From assembly GCA_976551045.1 (NCBI GenBank), contig CDPCPM010000183.1, positions 186,001-250,000 of the forward strand: a DNA stretch of 64,000 nucleotides. Direction: 5' to 3'. Position numbers and translations under genes: made by a program. Below are positions 24,223-36,849 of the stretch, one piece after another. Source of the stretch: Glaucostegus cemiculus. Taxonomy: Eukaryota. Numbering within the stretch: the first letter of the stretch is position 1; each line of letters starts with the position of its first letter. The notes beneath the pieces are model-generated. The model searched no databases. It saw nothing but the letters and a program-made list of their open reading frames with translations, and was not told the DNA's origin.

Positions 24223-25199
24223 AGAGCATGGTGTCCTTTATCCTTTTTAACTTTAATAAGATGCTGGTTTGGCTTCATGTGAGGTATTGCACCCAATTCT
24301 GGATGCTTCCTATCAGATCTTGGAGAGAGTGCAGAGACTTATTGGAGTTAACTGAGAAATGAGGAATGAGATATGTGGCGATATCTGAGAGGCAGGGAGT
24401 GTTCTGCTTCAAATGAAGAATATTAAGGCAGATTTTCTCTGAATGCATGTAAAATTATGAGGTGTTTGATAAAGAATTATGAAGTGGAAATTGCATTCCA
24501 CTGGTAATGGGCTGATGGCCAGGGTATACAGTTAACAAAGAATCTGACGAGAGTTTATTATGCAGTCTTTTTGATATGGAATGCATTGCCTGAGGGGGTG
24601 GTAAAAGCAAATTCAAAAGTAACATTTAACAGGTAATGTACTATATGCCTGAAGATGAAAAATTTGCATGGCTGTTGGGAAAAATGCAGTTAATTGAATT
24701 GCTGCTTCAAAGAGGATATTCATGATGAGCCCTGTAAGATTCTGTAGTTACTGGTTCAAACTGTCTGGTTTTGCAGACATCTGGACGATTGAACATTTAT
24801 AATTTTTCCTATGCTGATTCATCCCAAGAGATTAGTGTGTTGGAAGGAAGAAAGTTTTTGTAAGTGTAATAGAGACTTATTTAAAAATACTTGGATGTTT
24901 ACTCAAGGTATTCTGCCAAACAAGGTTCTGGAACAGAATCACAGAAGGATTATAGCATGGAATGAGGCAATTGAACCATCAGTTCACCTTGGTTCTTTAC
25001 TTGCTTTGTTATTGCTTTGCAGGTTCCTCTTTATCACTATTCAATGGTTTTACAATTTTCCTTGCAAATTTATGCTCCCCCTGTAACCTTTCCCCTTCAT
25101 CAGCAGCCTTTAGAGTACCCAGAGTCACGTAATTGCATCTCTAACCAAATAGATTCTATACTAGATGCTCTCATGCTCTTTCCATAGTTAATACCGTCA

Positions 25200-25840
25200 C
25201 CATCTACCGCCTCCCATCCCTCTTTTCCCCCTCCCCTTCCAGTCTTCCTTCCCTTCCCAGTATCTCTTGAACCAGTTGTATCCGGGAATATTTAGTACCC
25301 AGTCCTGTCCACCATTTAGCTACTGTAGGCCACAACATTATTATTCCATTTCTCTAACTCCCAGTAGCCCCACCCCTTCTTTTTTCTCCCCCCCCCCCCA
25401 CCAACTCCTTTGTCTTCCCTTATTCCTGTGGCTCCCTTCCCCTGCCTTAATGACCTGCCCATCTCCTCTCCTCCCCTCCTCCATCCTTTATTCCATGGTC
25501 CACTGCCCTCTCCTACCGAATTCCTCCTTCTTCAGCCCTTTGCCTCTTCTACCTATCACATCTCAGCTTATTACATCTTCCCTCCTCCTTCCCCCACTCA
25601 CCTACCTTCCCCCCCCACTCACCTGAACTCACCTCTCCCCTGCCTGTGTGTGCTCCTCCCCCTCCCCCCACCTTCTTATTCTGGCTTCTGCCCTCTTCCT
25701 TTCCCGTCCTGATGAAGGGTCTCGACCCGAAACGTCGACTGTTCATTTCCCTCCACGGATGCTGCCTGACCTGCTGAGTTCCTCCAGCACTTTTTGTGTA
25801 TTGCTCCAGATTCCAGCATCTGCAGAATTCCTTGTGTCAT
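25200..25840 (+). mobile_element. Penelope-like element 3' region (C/T-rich) ending in the hammerhead-bearing terminus
   Basis: Collinear with 22460-23240 and 6730-7155. Confidence 0.75.
25706..25739 (+). ncRNA. Minimal type I hammerhead ribozyme motif in a Penelope-like element end (best-preserved copy)
   Basis: GTC-CTGATGA-A-GGGT(CTCG)ACCC-GAAAC-GTC-GAC: intact CUGAUGA and GAAA boxes, 4-bp stem II, GUC triplet, GUC/GAC stem I, palindromic ACGU in place of stem III. Confidence 0.75.
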
Positions 25841-28339
25841 CATTATTCCATGTGGCTAACCGGGCCAGCTTTCCATTAACCTTGTTTAATGTGCACCATG
25901 TGTTTACGTGAATCTATCTTCAATTTCAAGAGGCAGAGCAAGAGTTCGGAAGTGGGATCAGATTGGCTAGTTGCTGCTCAGCCAGTGTGAGTGTACGGAA
26001 GTGGATCTGAAACCATTTGTTGGTACTCCTCTCTGTACTGTGCTACCCAGTCTATTCACTACCTCAGTGTGAATGTCCCACTTGGCAGATTTGGTCTCTG
26101 TTTCTCTCTTTTTCTGAACTTGTTGGCACTTGCTGGTGTTGAGCTCCACAGACTCCAGCCATCCTGCATTGCCTTGCTCATGAAGTTATTGTTCATTAAT
26201 TGGACGTCCCAACTTAACTGGATTGTGTGTTCGCAGTCCCCAGCCCATGCTGTGATGCTGACGTTTTTAGCATGGTTGGCTGGACAAAGATCAAGAGCAA
26301 AAACCCCAGCTGCATCCCTTTCTCACCCTGATCTCTTCCCCTCTCAGACATTCTGGCTGGCCTGATGCTCTCTCCGACTCTTAGTGACTTGACTCGAGCC
26401 AGCGATCTTTCTGAAGCATTGTATTACATCAGTGACACTCAGGGGGCCAAATGGAAAAAAATACAATTTTTTTTTTGTTATTTTTGCCTTTTGACAACGT
26501 TTATGATTAAGTTGTAACATGAAAACAAAACACTAGAAATTAAACATAAAATGCTGGTATTAACTTTTTTTTTTCATTTATACCTTCTCCAGAGCGCTTT
26601 TTTAAAATTATTCATTACTACCTTTCTGATCCCCTTTCACCCTGCTGTTTCTCCTCTTTCGTGATTCGGTCTCTCTTGCCTTCCTTTCCATTCTCTCTGC
26701 CTCTCCTCTCCCTTCCTCATCCGTCCCATTGCTTGCTCTGCATCTTAAAACTTTTCCCAGTTCTGATGAAAGGACATCTGTCCACATGGTGAGTAATTCC
26801 AGCATGTTCTCCTATATTGGCTTAAGTTAAAATCCAAGGCTCCAGTCACCACCTGAACAGCTAATTTACACATGCAATCTGTGCAATAAGCAGAGATGTG
26901 TAAATTCACTCCTTCCCCAAGTAAGTAAGGATCCTCAATGATTTAGAAACAGCTGTTTTCCCTCCACCATCAGATTTCATGAACCCGTGAACACTATCTC
27001 ATTATTCCTTTTTGTTTGCATTATTTATTTGCTTTTGTATTTTATAGGATTTTTTATGTTTTTGCACCGTACTGCTGCCACAAAACAACAGATTTCATGC
27101 CATATAAGTCAGCAATAATAAACTCGATTCTGACTCGAAGCGTTAAAAATTGGAATTGGATTTTTATTGTTACTTGTACTGAGGTACAGTGAAAAACTTG
27201 TCTTGCACACCATACAGACAGATCAATTCATAACACACTGCATTGAGGTGGTAGAAGGTAAAACAATACAGAATGCAGAATTAAATGTCACAGCTACAGA
27301 GAAAGTGCAGTGCAGGTAGACAATAAGGTGCAAGGTCATAATGAGGCAGAAAAAGTAAGAAAGTGAAATGCAGACCTGCTTTCGGAAATGTATTTTGCTG
27401 TATTTATTATAGAAATGAAAGCTTTTGGCAAAATCCAGCTACCTGAATTCTTTCAGTTCAGAATAAGGTTTATGATCACTGACTGATATGATGTGAAATT
27501 TCCTCCTACTTTGGAAAGTTCCGGGGTCTGCAAGAAGATTTAGTTGTCTAGATTTTTACCAAGAGAAAGCTGGGGTCTTGGCTTTAACTAAAGCAAATTG
27601 GTATTGGCTTCTGCTTGGTCAATACAGATGAGTGTTCTCCAGTTTATATTGAAGCTGGAGTCCATGTGACTTAACTCCAGTCCTGTTTTTGAATGTGAGT
27701 GGTGCAATGAGAGCTCCTCCTGATGAGCTTTGAAAAGAGAATGAATGCTTTGTGCCTCTCGGCTGCCTGTTCCAATTACACTGACGGAATCCCAAAGGCA
27801 AATGCAGCAAAACCGTCTACAAGAGACAGAGATGATACCAGGATAGCCGAGACTGCCAGAATTAGAGGAGAGGAAATAATACAGGGAATTGTTAGACTGC
27901 AGGAAAGATGGCTGGAAACATTGGTCTGGGCCAAAATGAGTGAAGAAAAGTGCTCGTCTTGTATATGTTCTGCCTGCTGTTTCTGTGTAAAAAACCCAGG
28001 AAGCAACAGCAGGAGTATGACCAGAGGCATATTGGTATCACACAGAGTACGGACTCAGTGCTCCTCGCAAAGTTGGCAGAACTTACTGCCATCTTTGTCT
28101 GACCAGAATTTCAAATTAAGCTGACAAAATCCTGAGGGATTTTGTTTTACAAGTAATCTCTGTGAATTAACAAATTCTTTGTCTTGATTTGATCCTTTCG
28201 GATTGAGCGAGACCACCAGATCACCACGCCTGCATTTAGTGAAGCCTCCTCGCTACCAGTTTCAGATTTACCTTTTCTGGGTTGAGCAGAGGGAGCGATT
28301 TGCAGAATGTTGATTGGATTATCTGGTCGGTTTGTGATG

Positions 28340-30085
28340 AGTGGTTAAAATCATGAGAGGCCTTTGTAGGGTAAACAAGGACCTATTTGCTTCAAAAGAG
28401 AGGTTAGTAACCAAGACGCACAGGTTGATGTTAATTGGTTGAAGGATTAGTGGGTCTGGAACTCACTGCCTGAAAGGGTGCTGGAGGTAGAAATGCTCAC
28501 CACATTTGAAATGTATCTGGAGGAGCACTTGATCAGTCAGGGCATTGTACAAGAGTTGGGATGTTATGTTGCTGTTGTACAAGACGTTGGTGAGGCTGCA
28601 CTTGGGGGTTTTGTGTACAGTTTTGGTCACCCTATTATAGGAAAGATGTCATTAAGCTGGAAGGAGTGCAGCGAAGAGTTAAGGGAATGTTGCCAAGACT
28701 TGAGGGCCGGAGTTATAGGGAGAGGTTGGACAGGCTAAGACTTTATTCCCTGGAGCATAGGAGCCCGAGAGGTGACATTATAGAGGTGTATAAAATCACA
28801 AGGGGCATAGAAAGAGTGAATATACACAGCCTTTTGGATGAATATACACAGCCTTTGTGAATATGGCATCATGACAACAACCTTTCCCTCAATGTCAGCA
28901 AAACAAAAGAGCGGGTTGACTTCAGGAAAGGAGGCATGCACCTGTCTACATCAGTGGTGCTGAGGTCGAGAGGGTTGAGAGCTTCAAGTTCCTGGGTGTG
29001 AACAACACCAATATCCTGTCCAGGTCAAATCACATAGATGCCACAGCCAAGAAAGCTCACTAGCGCCTCTACTTCCTCAGGAGGCTAAAGAAATTCGCTA
29101 CGTCCCCTTTGACTCTCACCAACTTTAACTGATGCAACATCGAAGGCACTCTATCTGGTTGTATCATGGCTTGGTATGGCAACTGCTCTGCCCAGGACCA
29201 CAAGGAAACTGCAGAGAGTTGTGGATACAGCCCAGTGCATCACAGAAACCAGCCACCCCTCCTTGGACTCTGTCTTTACCTCTCTCTGCCTTAGTGAAGC
29301 AGCCAGCATAATCAATGACTCCACCCACTGGGTCATCCTCTCTTCTCTCCTCTTCCATTGGGTAGAAGATACAGGAGTCTGAGGGTATGTACCACCAGGT
29401 TTAAGGACAGCTTCTACCCCATTGTTATAAGACTATTGAATGGTTCCCTTATACGATGAGATGGACTCGGACCTCACAATCTACCTTGTTGTGACCTTGC
29501 ACCTTATTGTCTACCTGCACTGCACTTCCTCTGTAGCTGTGACACTTTGTTTTTACCTGTACTACCTCAATGCACACTGTACTAACTCTGTGTAACTGCA
29601 CTGTGTAATGAATTGACCTGTACGATCGGTATGCAAGACACGTTTTTCCACTGTACCTCGGTACAAGTGACAATAATATGCCAGTATCTTTTTCCCAGGG
29701 AAAGGGAACCAAAACCTCAGAGGTATAGGTTTAAGGTGGGAAGGGAAAGATTTAAAAGGGACCAGAGAAGCAACTTCCTTACGTAGAGGATGGTGCGTCT
29801 AAGGAGTGAGCTGCCAGAGGAAGTGGTTTAGGCAACAACAACATTTAAACAACAGTTGGATAAGTACATGGATAGGAAAGGTTTAGAGGGACATGGGCAA
29901 AGGGGACTAGCTTAGATGGGTACCTTGTTCACATGGCCGAGCTGGGCTAAAGAGCCTCTACTCTGCTGTATTACTCTATGACTCATTGAAGAGCCATAGC
30001 CTGCAGGGATGTGGATCAAGAACCGGGAATTGGGATCAAGATGAGAGATTAGATGGCCTCCTTCTGTGTCATAAATTTCTGATTC
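28340..30085 (+). mobile_element. Nested LINEs: old CR1 containing a younger CR1 containing a Rex1/Babar-like LINE (about 28865-29680)
   Basis: CR1 sequence breaks at about 28835 and resumes at about 29685. The outer CR1 breaks at about 28530 and resumes at about 29985. Confidence 0.75.
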
Positions 30086-30172
30086 CAGTGTTGCTGGGAT
30101 TTTCCACTGGGACTGCATGGGTTTCTGAGACACTTCATCATTTTGTTTGTTTTATTTTGCCTCCGTTTCCAG

Positions 30173-30310
30173 TTTTCCAAACAATCACACGATAGAGCTG
30201 AGATCTCGGAGCAGCTGGAGTTGGTGGCAGCCCTGCGGAGAGAGGAGCTTGGGATACTCCGAGTGTCAGTGGAAGTTCTACGAAACATGAAGGCCGCTAC
30301 TCCCAGCTAA
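30173..30310 (+). CDS. SETD4: SETD4 last coding exon (FSKQSHDRAEISEQLELVAALRREELGILRVSVEVLRNMKAATPS*)
   Basis: Long polypyrimidine tract ending tttccag, 46 codons to TAA at 30308-30310. Aligns to human QLTLVESLWTEELKILRASAETL. Confidence 0.88.
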   Translation, partial: FSKQSHDRAEISEQLELVAALRREELGILRVSVEVLRNMKAATPS

Positions 30311-31399
30311 CAATCAGAATGCACAGCGCTGGCAGTTCTCTCTGTTGTTGGTCTGGAATTGGACTGCTGGATTGAACAGCTGTTTGGACCTGGGAAAAAC
30401 ACATTTGTTGTGAGTTGTGAATCAGGTTATAGTTTTTTTTTAAGGAGATGGATGCCGTAAATGCTAATGCTTTTGGGGCTCAGAGGCTGGAAAAGATGAT
30501 CTCCCAAACCCTGTTCATTGCAGCTCAAAGGCTGAATGCCCCGCTGCCTCAGGGAAGTCATAATTAGAAGTCGGGACCCTCAGCACAAGGAAGGGTGGAA
30601 AATCTGAGGGCGTGGTTGATACACAGTGGTCTGGTGCAGTTGCTATTGGATACACAGGCTGCTGTTGTGGTTTGATTACATTGGAACAAGTGCTAGTGGA
30701 TGCTGCTTTGCACTTGCAGTTAAATCCATTACTGACTAGACCCTCCCATCTACTTAATAATTACTTCTAAAGGAATGTTCCACATTGTGAAAAATCACCA
30801 TTTTGTTGACAGATGGGCTTCAAATGCTGGTTCCTAGTGTTGTGTATTATTTTTTTAAAAGCAAAATCTATTGTATCCATAAGAATGAATCATTTACTGG
30901 TAATGTCACTATGATGTACATCATTTGTGTTTCCTTCCTTTGGATGTGTCATTAGCAGGTTTATGCACGCCCAAAATAATGAGCTGTGTAACACTGCTGG
31001 TTTATGTGCAGGATGACAGGACTATTCTGTGATAGGCGTGGGAAAGTTATGCATTTAGATTGATTGTACAGAACTCAAGCTACAGTTTAAAGGCGCATTT
31101 TGAATTCTATTACATCCATTTCTAGGTATGCACAGATATACTACGACACATCCACATTAGATAATGCAGGAAATCGTGTCAGTGACGCTACTGGTAAAGG
31201 AGAAGCTCCTCTGTACTGCCTGCAGGGGTGGTGAAAGCAGATTTAATCACCATAACAAAAACAAGTTTCATCCACCCATACGACAAGCTGGTTAAAAAAA
31301 AAATAATGGGTGTAGCACAGAAGTAGCCTTTTGACCCATTGTGTCCATGCCAGCTCTGTACCAGACCTCTTGGGACCAAAGGAAGAGTGCCACATTACA

Positions 31400-32200
31400 T
31401 CCAAAAATGGAGCAGTGATAAAGGTAATGGTTAATGGTGTGACCAAGGCACGTGTAGAGGGGTTTCACAGCATTCAAAGGAGGTATGACAAGTTTGCAGA
31501 TGGAAAGATTTGGCCTTGTGTTTAAGACGAAAGAGTCTTTACACTAGAGGAAGGTATTGATGGTCTGATGAGTTGGGTAGAGAAAATGTAAATTGGAATT
31601 TAATCCAGAGAAGTAGTTGGTAATACAAATGTGAGGTGCAACAAGTCAAGGGAATAAACAATAAATGGGAGGATATTGGATGGAGGAACAGATGGTATAA
31701 AATAGTTGAAAAGGTACACAGGATATTTCCCTTTATTAGCTGTGGCACAGGCATAAGAGCAGGGAGGCTGTGCCAGAATTTCATACAAGCCTAGTTGGCT
31801 GGAGCACGAGTACTGATTATTGTGTTACAGGGAAGATGTGATTGCATGGGAATGCCAGGGCTGGAAAACTGTAGTTATGAGGAAAGATTGGATAAGCCAA
31901 GGTTGTTTTCTTTGGAAAAGAGGCTTAATTGAAGTGCATAAGTTTATGAAGGGATCCAGATAAAGTTAAATAGTTCCTTCCTATTTAGTTCAAATCTGAT
32001 TTTTGACCAGTCTACCTCGCTTGTTGTAGGAACCAAGAGGAGAGGTGATGAAAATATTTTCACTCAAGGCTTGGTAGGGTTTGGAACTCACTGGCTAAAA
32101 GGATGTTGGAGGCAGAAGTCCTAAACACAGTTAAACAGTAACTGGATGTGTACCTGAGGAGCTGTGAGCTACAGGGCCACAGACCTCGTGCTGGGAGGCA
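31400..32200 (+). mobile_element. Old CR1 fragment downstream of SETD4 (similar old fragments at 1050-1210, 19480-19840, 24270-24750)
   Basis: aagtttgcagatg (FADD region), ggttgttttctttgga and tggaactcact motifs. Confidence 0.6.
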
Positions 32201-33659
32201 AGATATGTCACAATGTTGATTGAAGAGCAAGCTCACAGAGAACCCAAATGCGGTACACTGGTACAAGCCTGGAGTCAAGATACTTCCTCAGGACCGGACA
32301 CAGGCAACACTGGAAGGAATCTTGCCTCAGAGATCTGAGTAGTAATCCCAACACGAACTGAATCTTCAAGCAGAACTACAGAATACAGGCCTGCTCTAGA
32401 GTAGACCACCAAATCAAGGGCCAGTATTAAAAGACATTTAGGGATACAGAAGGTTTAGAAGGATAAAGGCCAAACACAGGCAAATGGGATGCAGAAGTCT
32501 TGCAAAACCACCGAAAGCAAGACAATGCCACCCATCCACCTCCACATCCCCTATCCCCCTTGTAGCTGTGTCGGCTGATCTCACATAGGTCTTACCAGCC
32601 ACCTCAGAAGCCACTAGAATGGAAATATTTCATCCTCAATCACAAGGGACTGCTTAAGAAGAGAAACAGATACTTTGGTGCTGATGTGATTCCAGGTTGT
32701 CCAAGTTCTATGCTGGAAATCAAATTTTAGGATTACTTTTGATAGGTCAATAAAGTACCAGTTTCTAATGTCATTGTGCAACTACAAGTCCCTCTTGCAG
32801 GTTGGTGGAGAGTGGGTCAGTGATCCAAGGTTTCATGTCACCAGTAAATTCACGAGATTGAGTCAAGTCCAGTGTGGGGAGGATTCTGCAAGTGGTTAGC
32901 AATTAGTCACCTTCTTTGATATTGTTCTGCTCACCACAAATGGTCAGAGAGCCATGGAATTAACAAGCTAATTTACTGAATTCTGCAAGTATCCTCTCTT
33001 CCCTATCCAGAATCTTCAGGGTCATTCACTGTAGCCACAATTTTGATAATTTCAAGTTAAGTATTGGACTTTACCATGAATTAAATGTCTCTTTGCCAGA
33101 TATTCAGTGTTATTTTGAGAAGCTATCCACTGGTGAGAGAATGCTAAGCTACAGAGAAATTAGTGACCCTCTTCCAACAGTGCTATTTAGAGATTTGGCA
33201 CAGTGAAGCTCAAGTAGTTGGTTATGGTGTCATCTGAAAAGTCATTTTGTACAAAAACAATTTGAGAGGAAATATACAAAGCAATTAAAAGATCAATAAC
33301 TTCAAGAATGATTGCATTTGTAAAAAAGGATAAGCAAATTTACAACAGTTGGAGAAATTATTGGAAAATTTCCAGTTTGAACTACAAGTTTAATAGTTAA
33401 CATTTATGTGAGAAAAGTGAATATAGTTAATGCAAAAGTAATATTTTAGTTAGCAGTGGTTTCCTCCCCCATTCCCTCCTGCTCAGTATATCAGCTCCTG
33501 CTGGGAAATAATTCCATGGGTATACTTTTCTAGTTCTTTGTATATGAACTTTTCTATTGCCAGAAAGGAATATGAATGGTTAGGTTCTTTTATTTTAGCC
33601 CAGAAACAGAACAAATATTTACTAAAAACACAGTAATGCTACTCGTGGTTTACATGAAG

Positions 33660-35097
33660 CAAGAGAGGTGATTGCTGGGGCCTTGATAGATATCTTTGTA
33701 TCCTCTAGCCACAGGCAAGGTCCCAGAGGACTAGAAAACAGCCAATGTTGTTTCTTTGCTTAAGAAGGGCAATAGGGACAAACCAGGAAATTATAGGCCA
33801 GTGAGCCTTCCATCAGTGAAAAAGATTCGTAGGGTTAGGATTTACTTAAATCAGGAAAAGCATGGACTTGTTAGGGATAGTCAAGATGGCTTTGTGCAGG
33901 GGAGATCACATCTTACAAATTTGATTGGGTTGTTTGAGGTGATGAAGATGATTGATAGGGTAGGGCAGTGGATGTTGTGTACGTGGACTTCAGTAAAGCA
34001 TTCAACAAGGTAGGCCGATCCAAAAGACAAATGGGATCTAGAGACTTGGTAGATCAGATTCAAAATCAGCTTGGCTATAGAAGACAGAGGGTAGTGGTGG
34101 AGTGTTATTCTGACTGGAGGTCTGTGACCAGTGGTGTTCTGCAGGGATCAGTGCTGGGACCTCTGTTGTTAAAGGATTTGTACAAAATGTAGGTAGATCT
34201 GAAATACTACTTTTGCAGATGAAAATTGGTGGAATTGTGGACAGTGAAGAAGGTTGTCAAAGGATACAGCATGATGTGGGTCAGTTGGAAATATGGACAA
34301 AGATGGAGTTTAATCTGTTCAAGTGTGAGGTGTTGCACTTTGGGAGGTCAAATGTAAGGGGAAAGTAATACAGTAAACAGCAGGACCCTTAGGAGAATTG
34401 ATGAGGAGGGATCTTGGGGTGCAAGTCCATAGCTCCCTGCGAGTGACAACACAAGTAGATAGGGTGGTAATGAAGGCCTATGGCATGCTTGCCTTCATCA
34501 TTTAGGGTGCCGAGTATAAAAGTTGGCACATCACATTGCAGCTGTATAAAACTTTGGTTAGGCATATGTGGAGTATTGTGTGCAATTTCGGTTGCCTCAT
34601 TGAAGGATGTGGAGGCTTTGGAGAGGGTGAAGCAGGGGCTCAGTGGGGTGTTGCCTGGATTAGATAGTATTAGCTACAAGGAGAGGTCAGACAAACTAGG
34701 ATTGTTTTCTCTGGAGTTGCAGAGGAAGTGACATATTAGAAGTATATAAAATTTTGAGAGGCAATAGATATGGAGGGTCGTCAGTCTTTTTTTCCCCCAA
34801 GGTGGAAATATCAAAAAGCAGAAGGAATAGCTTTCAGGTGAGAGGGGGAAAGTTTAAAGGAAAATTTAAAAGACTTCTTTAAAAACAGTGGTAGGTGCCC
34901 GGAACCCATTTCCAGGGGAGATGGTGCAAGCAGATATGATAGAACAATTTAAAAGGCATTTAAACAGGCACTTGAACAGGGCAGGAATGGAAGGGTACAG
35001 ACCATGTTCAAGAAGACGTGACTGGTTTAATATGGCATCATGTTCAGCAGACGTCCTTGGCAGAAGGGCCTGTTCCTGTGCCATACTGTTCTCTGTT
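33660..35097 (+). mobile_element. CR1 LINE, about 1.4 kb decayed RT and 3' tail, intergenic
   Basis: KKGNRDKPGNYRPVSL, DVVYVDFSKAF and SGVLQGSVLGPLL RT motifs, with frameshifts. Confidence 0.9.
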
Positions 35098-35354
35098 CAG
35101 TGAGAGTAAAAGGTGGTAATGTGTGGGTGATCCACAAGGAACCTGTTAAAATTGCAGGTAGCTATTGCGTAGCTTTTTTTAAATTGTTAGGCCATAACCA
35201 AGTATTGGTGGAAGATTTAGACATACATTCACTCAAAATTCTTTCTTGTTTCCCCCTTACATCAGCTCAATAGCAACTGCTCTAGAGAACAATGCTAACA
35301 ATAAACTGAAAGTGAGTCCAAGCTTTTTTTTTTGCAGAATCCAATGCATCAGAT

Positions 35355-35360
35355 TTTATT
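35355..35360 (-). terminator. Candidate CRYZL1 polyadenylation signal AATAAA (alternative at 35896-35901)
   Basis: tttatt on the + strand about 1 kb past the stop codon, just before the intergenic CR1. No transcript evidence. Confidence 0.4.
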
Positions 35361-36341
35361 AACACAGACAAACAAAATGAAACTCTAGCAAGCAGGCTTT
35401 CCATACTGGGCTGATTGATCAGACAGAAATAGTTTTGTGAGCTAAAGCAATTCACGGGGGCCCAGGTTTATGTGAACATGCTCTTCAAAGCTTATGCAAA
35501 GAATTATAAACAATACAAATTAGTCAGTCTTGAAAAAAAAATGTTGAATTCAGCTGGGATTGGCAGATACATCTTAAGTGGGAACAGGAGTACTCATGTA
35601 TTCACCCAAACTCAGATAATGAAAAAAAAATTATGTTGTACAAGGATGCTTGGATAATTTAAAGCTATCAGTTTTGGTTTCTACACCAAGTTTTGTTAGG
35701 GAGGAGTAAATTAGGAAATGCTGCAGAATCTCTCAACAAAGGATTCATTAAATTCAGTACAGTTGATTCAGATTTATAACACTGCCGTCATATAATTGGT
35801 TGTGTTATTGCAATCCCTTTGTCTAAAAATACTAACTAATTATTTTCTGACAACACTTGCAAGATCCATCAGTAGAGGAACCCACTATTAAGCCATTTAT
35901 TCACATCCTTATCTTGATCAGGTAGTCAATTATTTGAACCTAATAAGGAGGGTGGATGCACTTTAACAGTCACAACTCTCTGGGAACATATCATCAATCA
36001 TTCTGCTGTTGAAAAGATGCAGCAGCAAACTGATAAGAGATTACAGATACCACCAAACTAGTAAAATAAAATGAAAAAAGTATCAGATTTTAGCTTCTGG
36101 AATGTTTTAAAAATAATTCAAAGTTAGTCCCAAGGTTAAGTATGTGAAGAGACCAAGTTCTTACCAGAGTAATAGGAAAGTTTTTCAGTAACAAACAACT
36201 TACTATAAATGGGAGGAAAATAATTTAAATGCAAAATTACTTAAGTGGAATTGAAGCATTTGCCCCAGAACAACACAGATACATCTGAAGTCAGCACCAG
36301 TCTTTTAGCTGTTCGCAGGAATTAGTTATCACGACACTGTT

Positions 36342-36441
36342 TCAGAGCTGAACGACTTGCTTTTTTCTGACTTGGTTCTTCTGAACCATCTCCATGGCAA
36401 CGGTGGCTTCATATATTGGAATGGGTTCATCCAACTGAGGC
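36342..36441 (-). CDS. CRYZL1: CRYZL1 last coding exon ([32 protein letters not shown])
   Basis: Acceptor tcttttcag, TGA at 36344-36342. The 11 exons sum to 981 nt in one open frame. Confidence 0.95.
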
Positions 36442-36803
36442 CTGAAAAGAGACAAGCAGTTGGAAATGTCTAGACACTGTGCAAAGTCTCCACAGTACCT
36501 TGTACCTTTCTGTAGAAGGCGAGGCTAGCTACATTTCCTTTCCATAAGATAATTGACTATCATTCTCAGTCTCATCACTCAACATGCATTTTAAATACAA
36601 TCACACATAACAAGACAAATATTGAAGTCTGTGTTTTTGGTTGTCAGTATCTCAAGAGATTCTATGTAATACAACCATCTGTACATATACTTAAGTGCAG
36701 TGAAGTCTTAATTCCAACACTGAACATTCCATTACCAGTTTATTACACAATTGCCTCTCTAAGTGGCACCAGGAATTGCGAGAACAAATATCAAAATGTT
36801 TAC

Positions 36804-36849
36804 CGGAATGTTCCGATGGACAGCTTCTCCATCACGTCCTTCAAAATAT
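36804..36849 (-). CDS. CRYZL1: CRYZL1 coding exon (46 bp; HILKDVMEKLSIGTFR)
   Basis: Acceptor gcctag, donor gtaaac. Matches human ILKDVMEKLSTGVFR. Confidence 0.93.

Noticed and set aside
27720-27740. CTGATGA-gcttt-GAAA resembling a hammerhead core
   Set aside because: No credible stem II, no NUH triplet with stem I/III pairing after GAAA, and no PLE-terminus context.
31653-31658. AATAAA as the SETD4 polyadenylation signal
   Set aside because: It lies inside a CR1 remnant and other candidates exist (for example about 32749). It cannot be assigned without transcript data.
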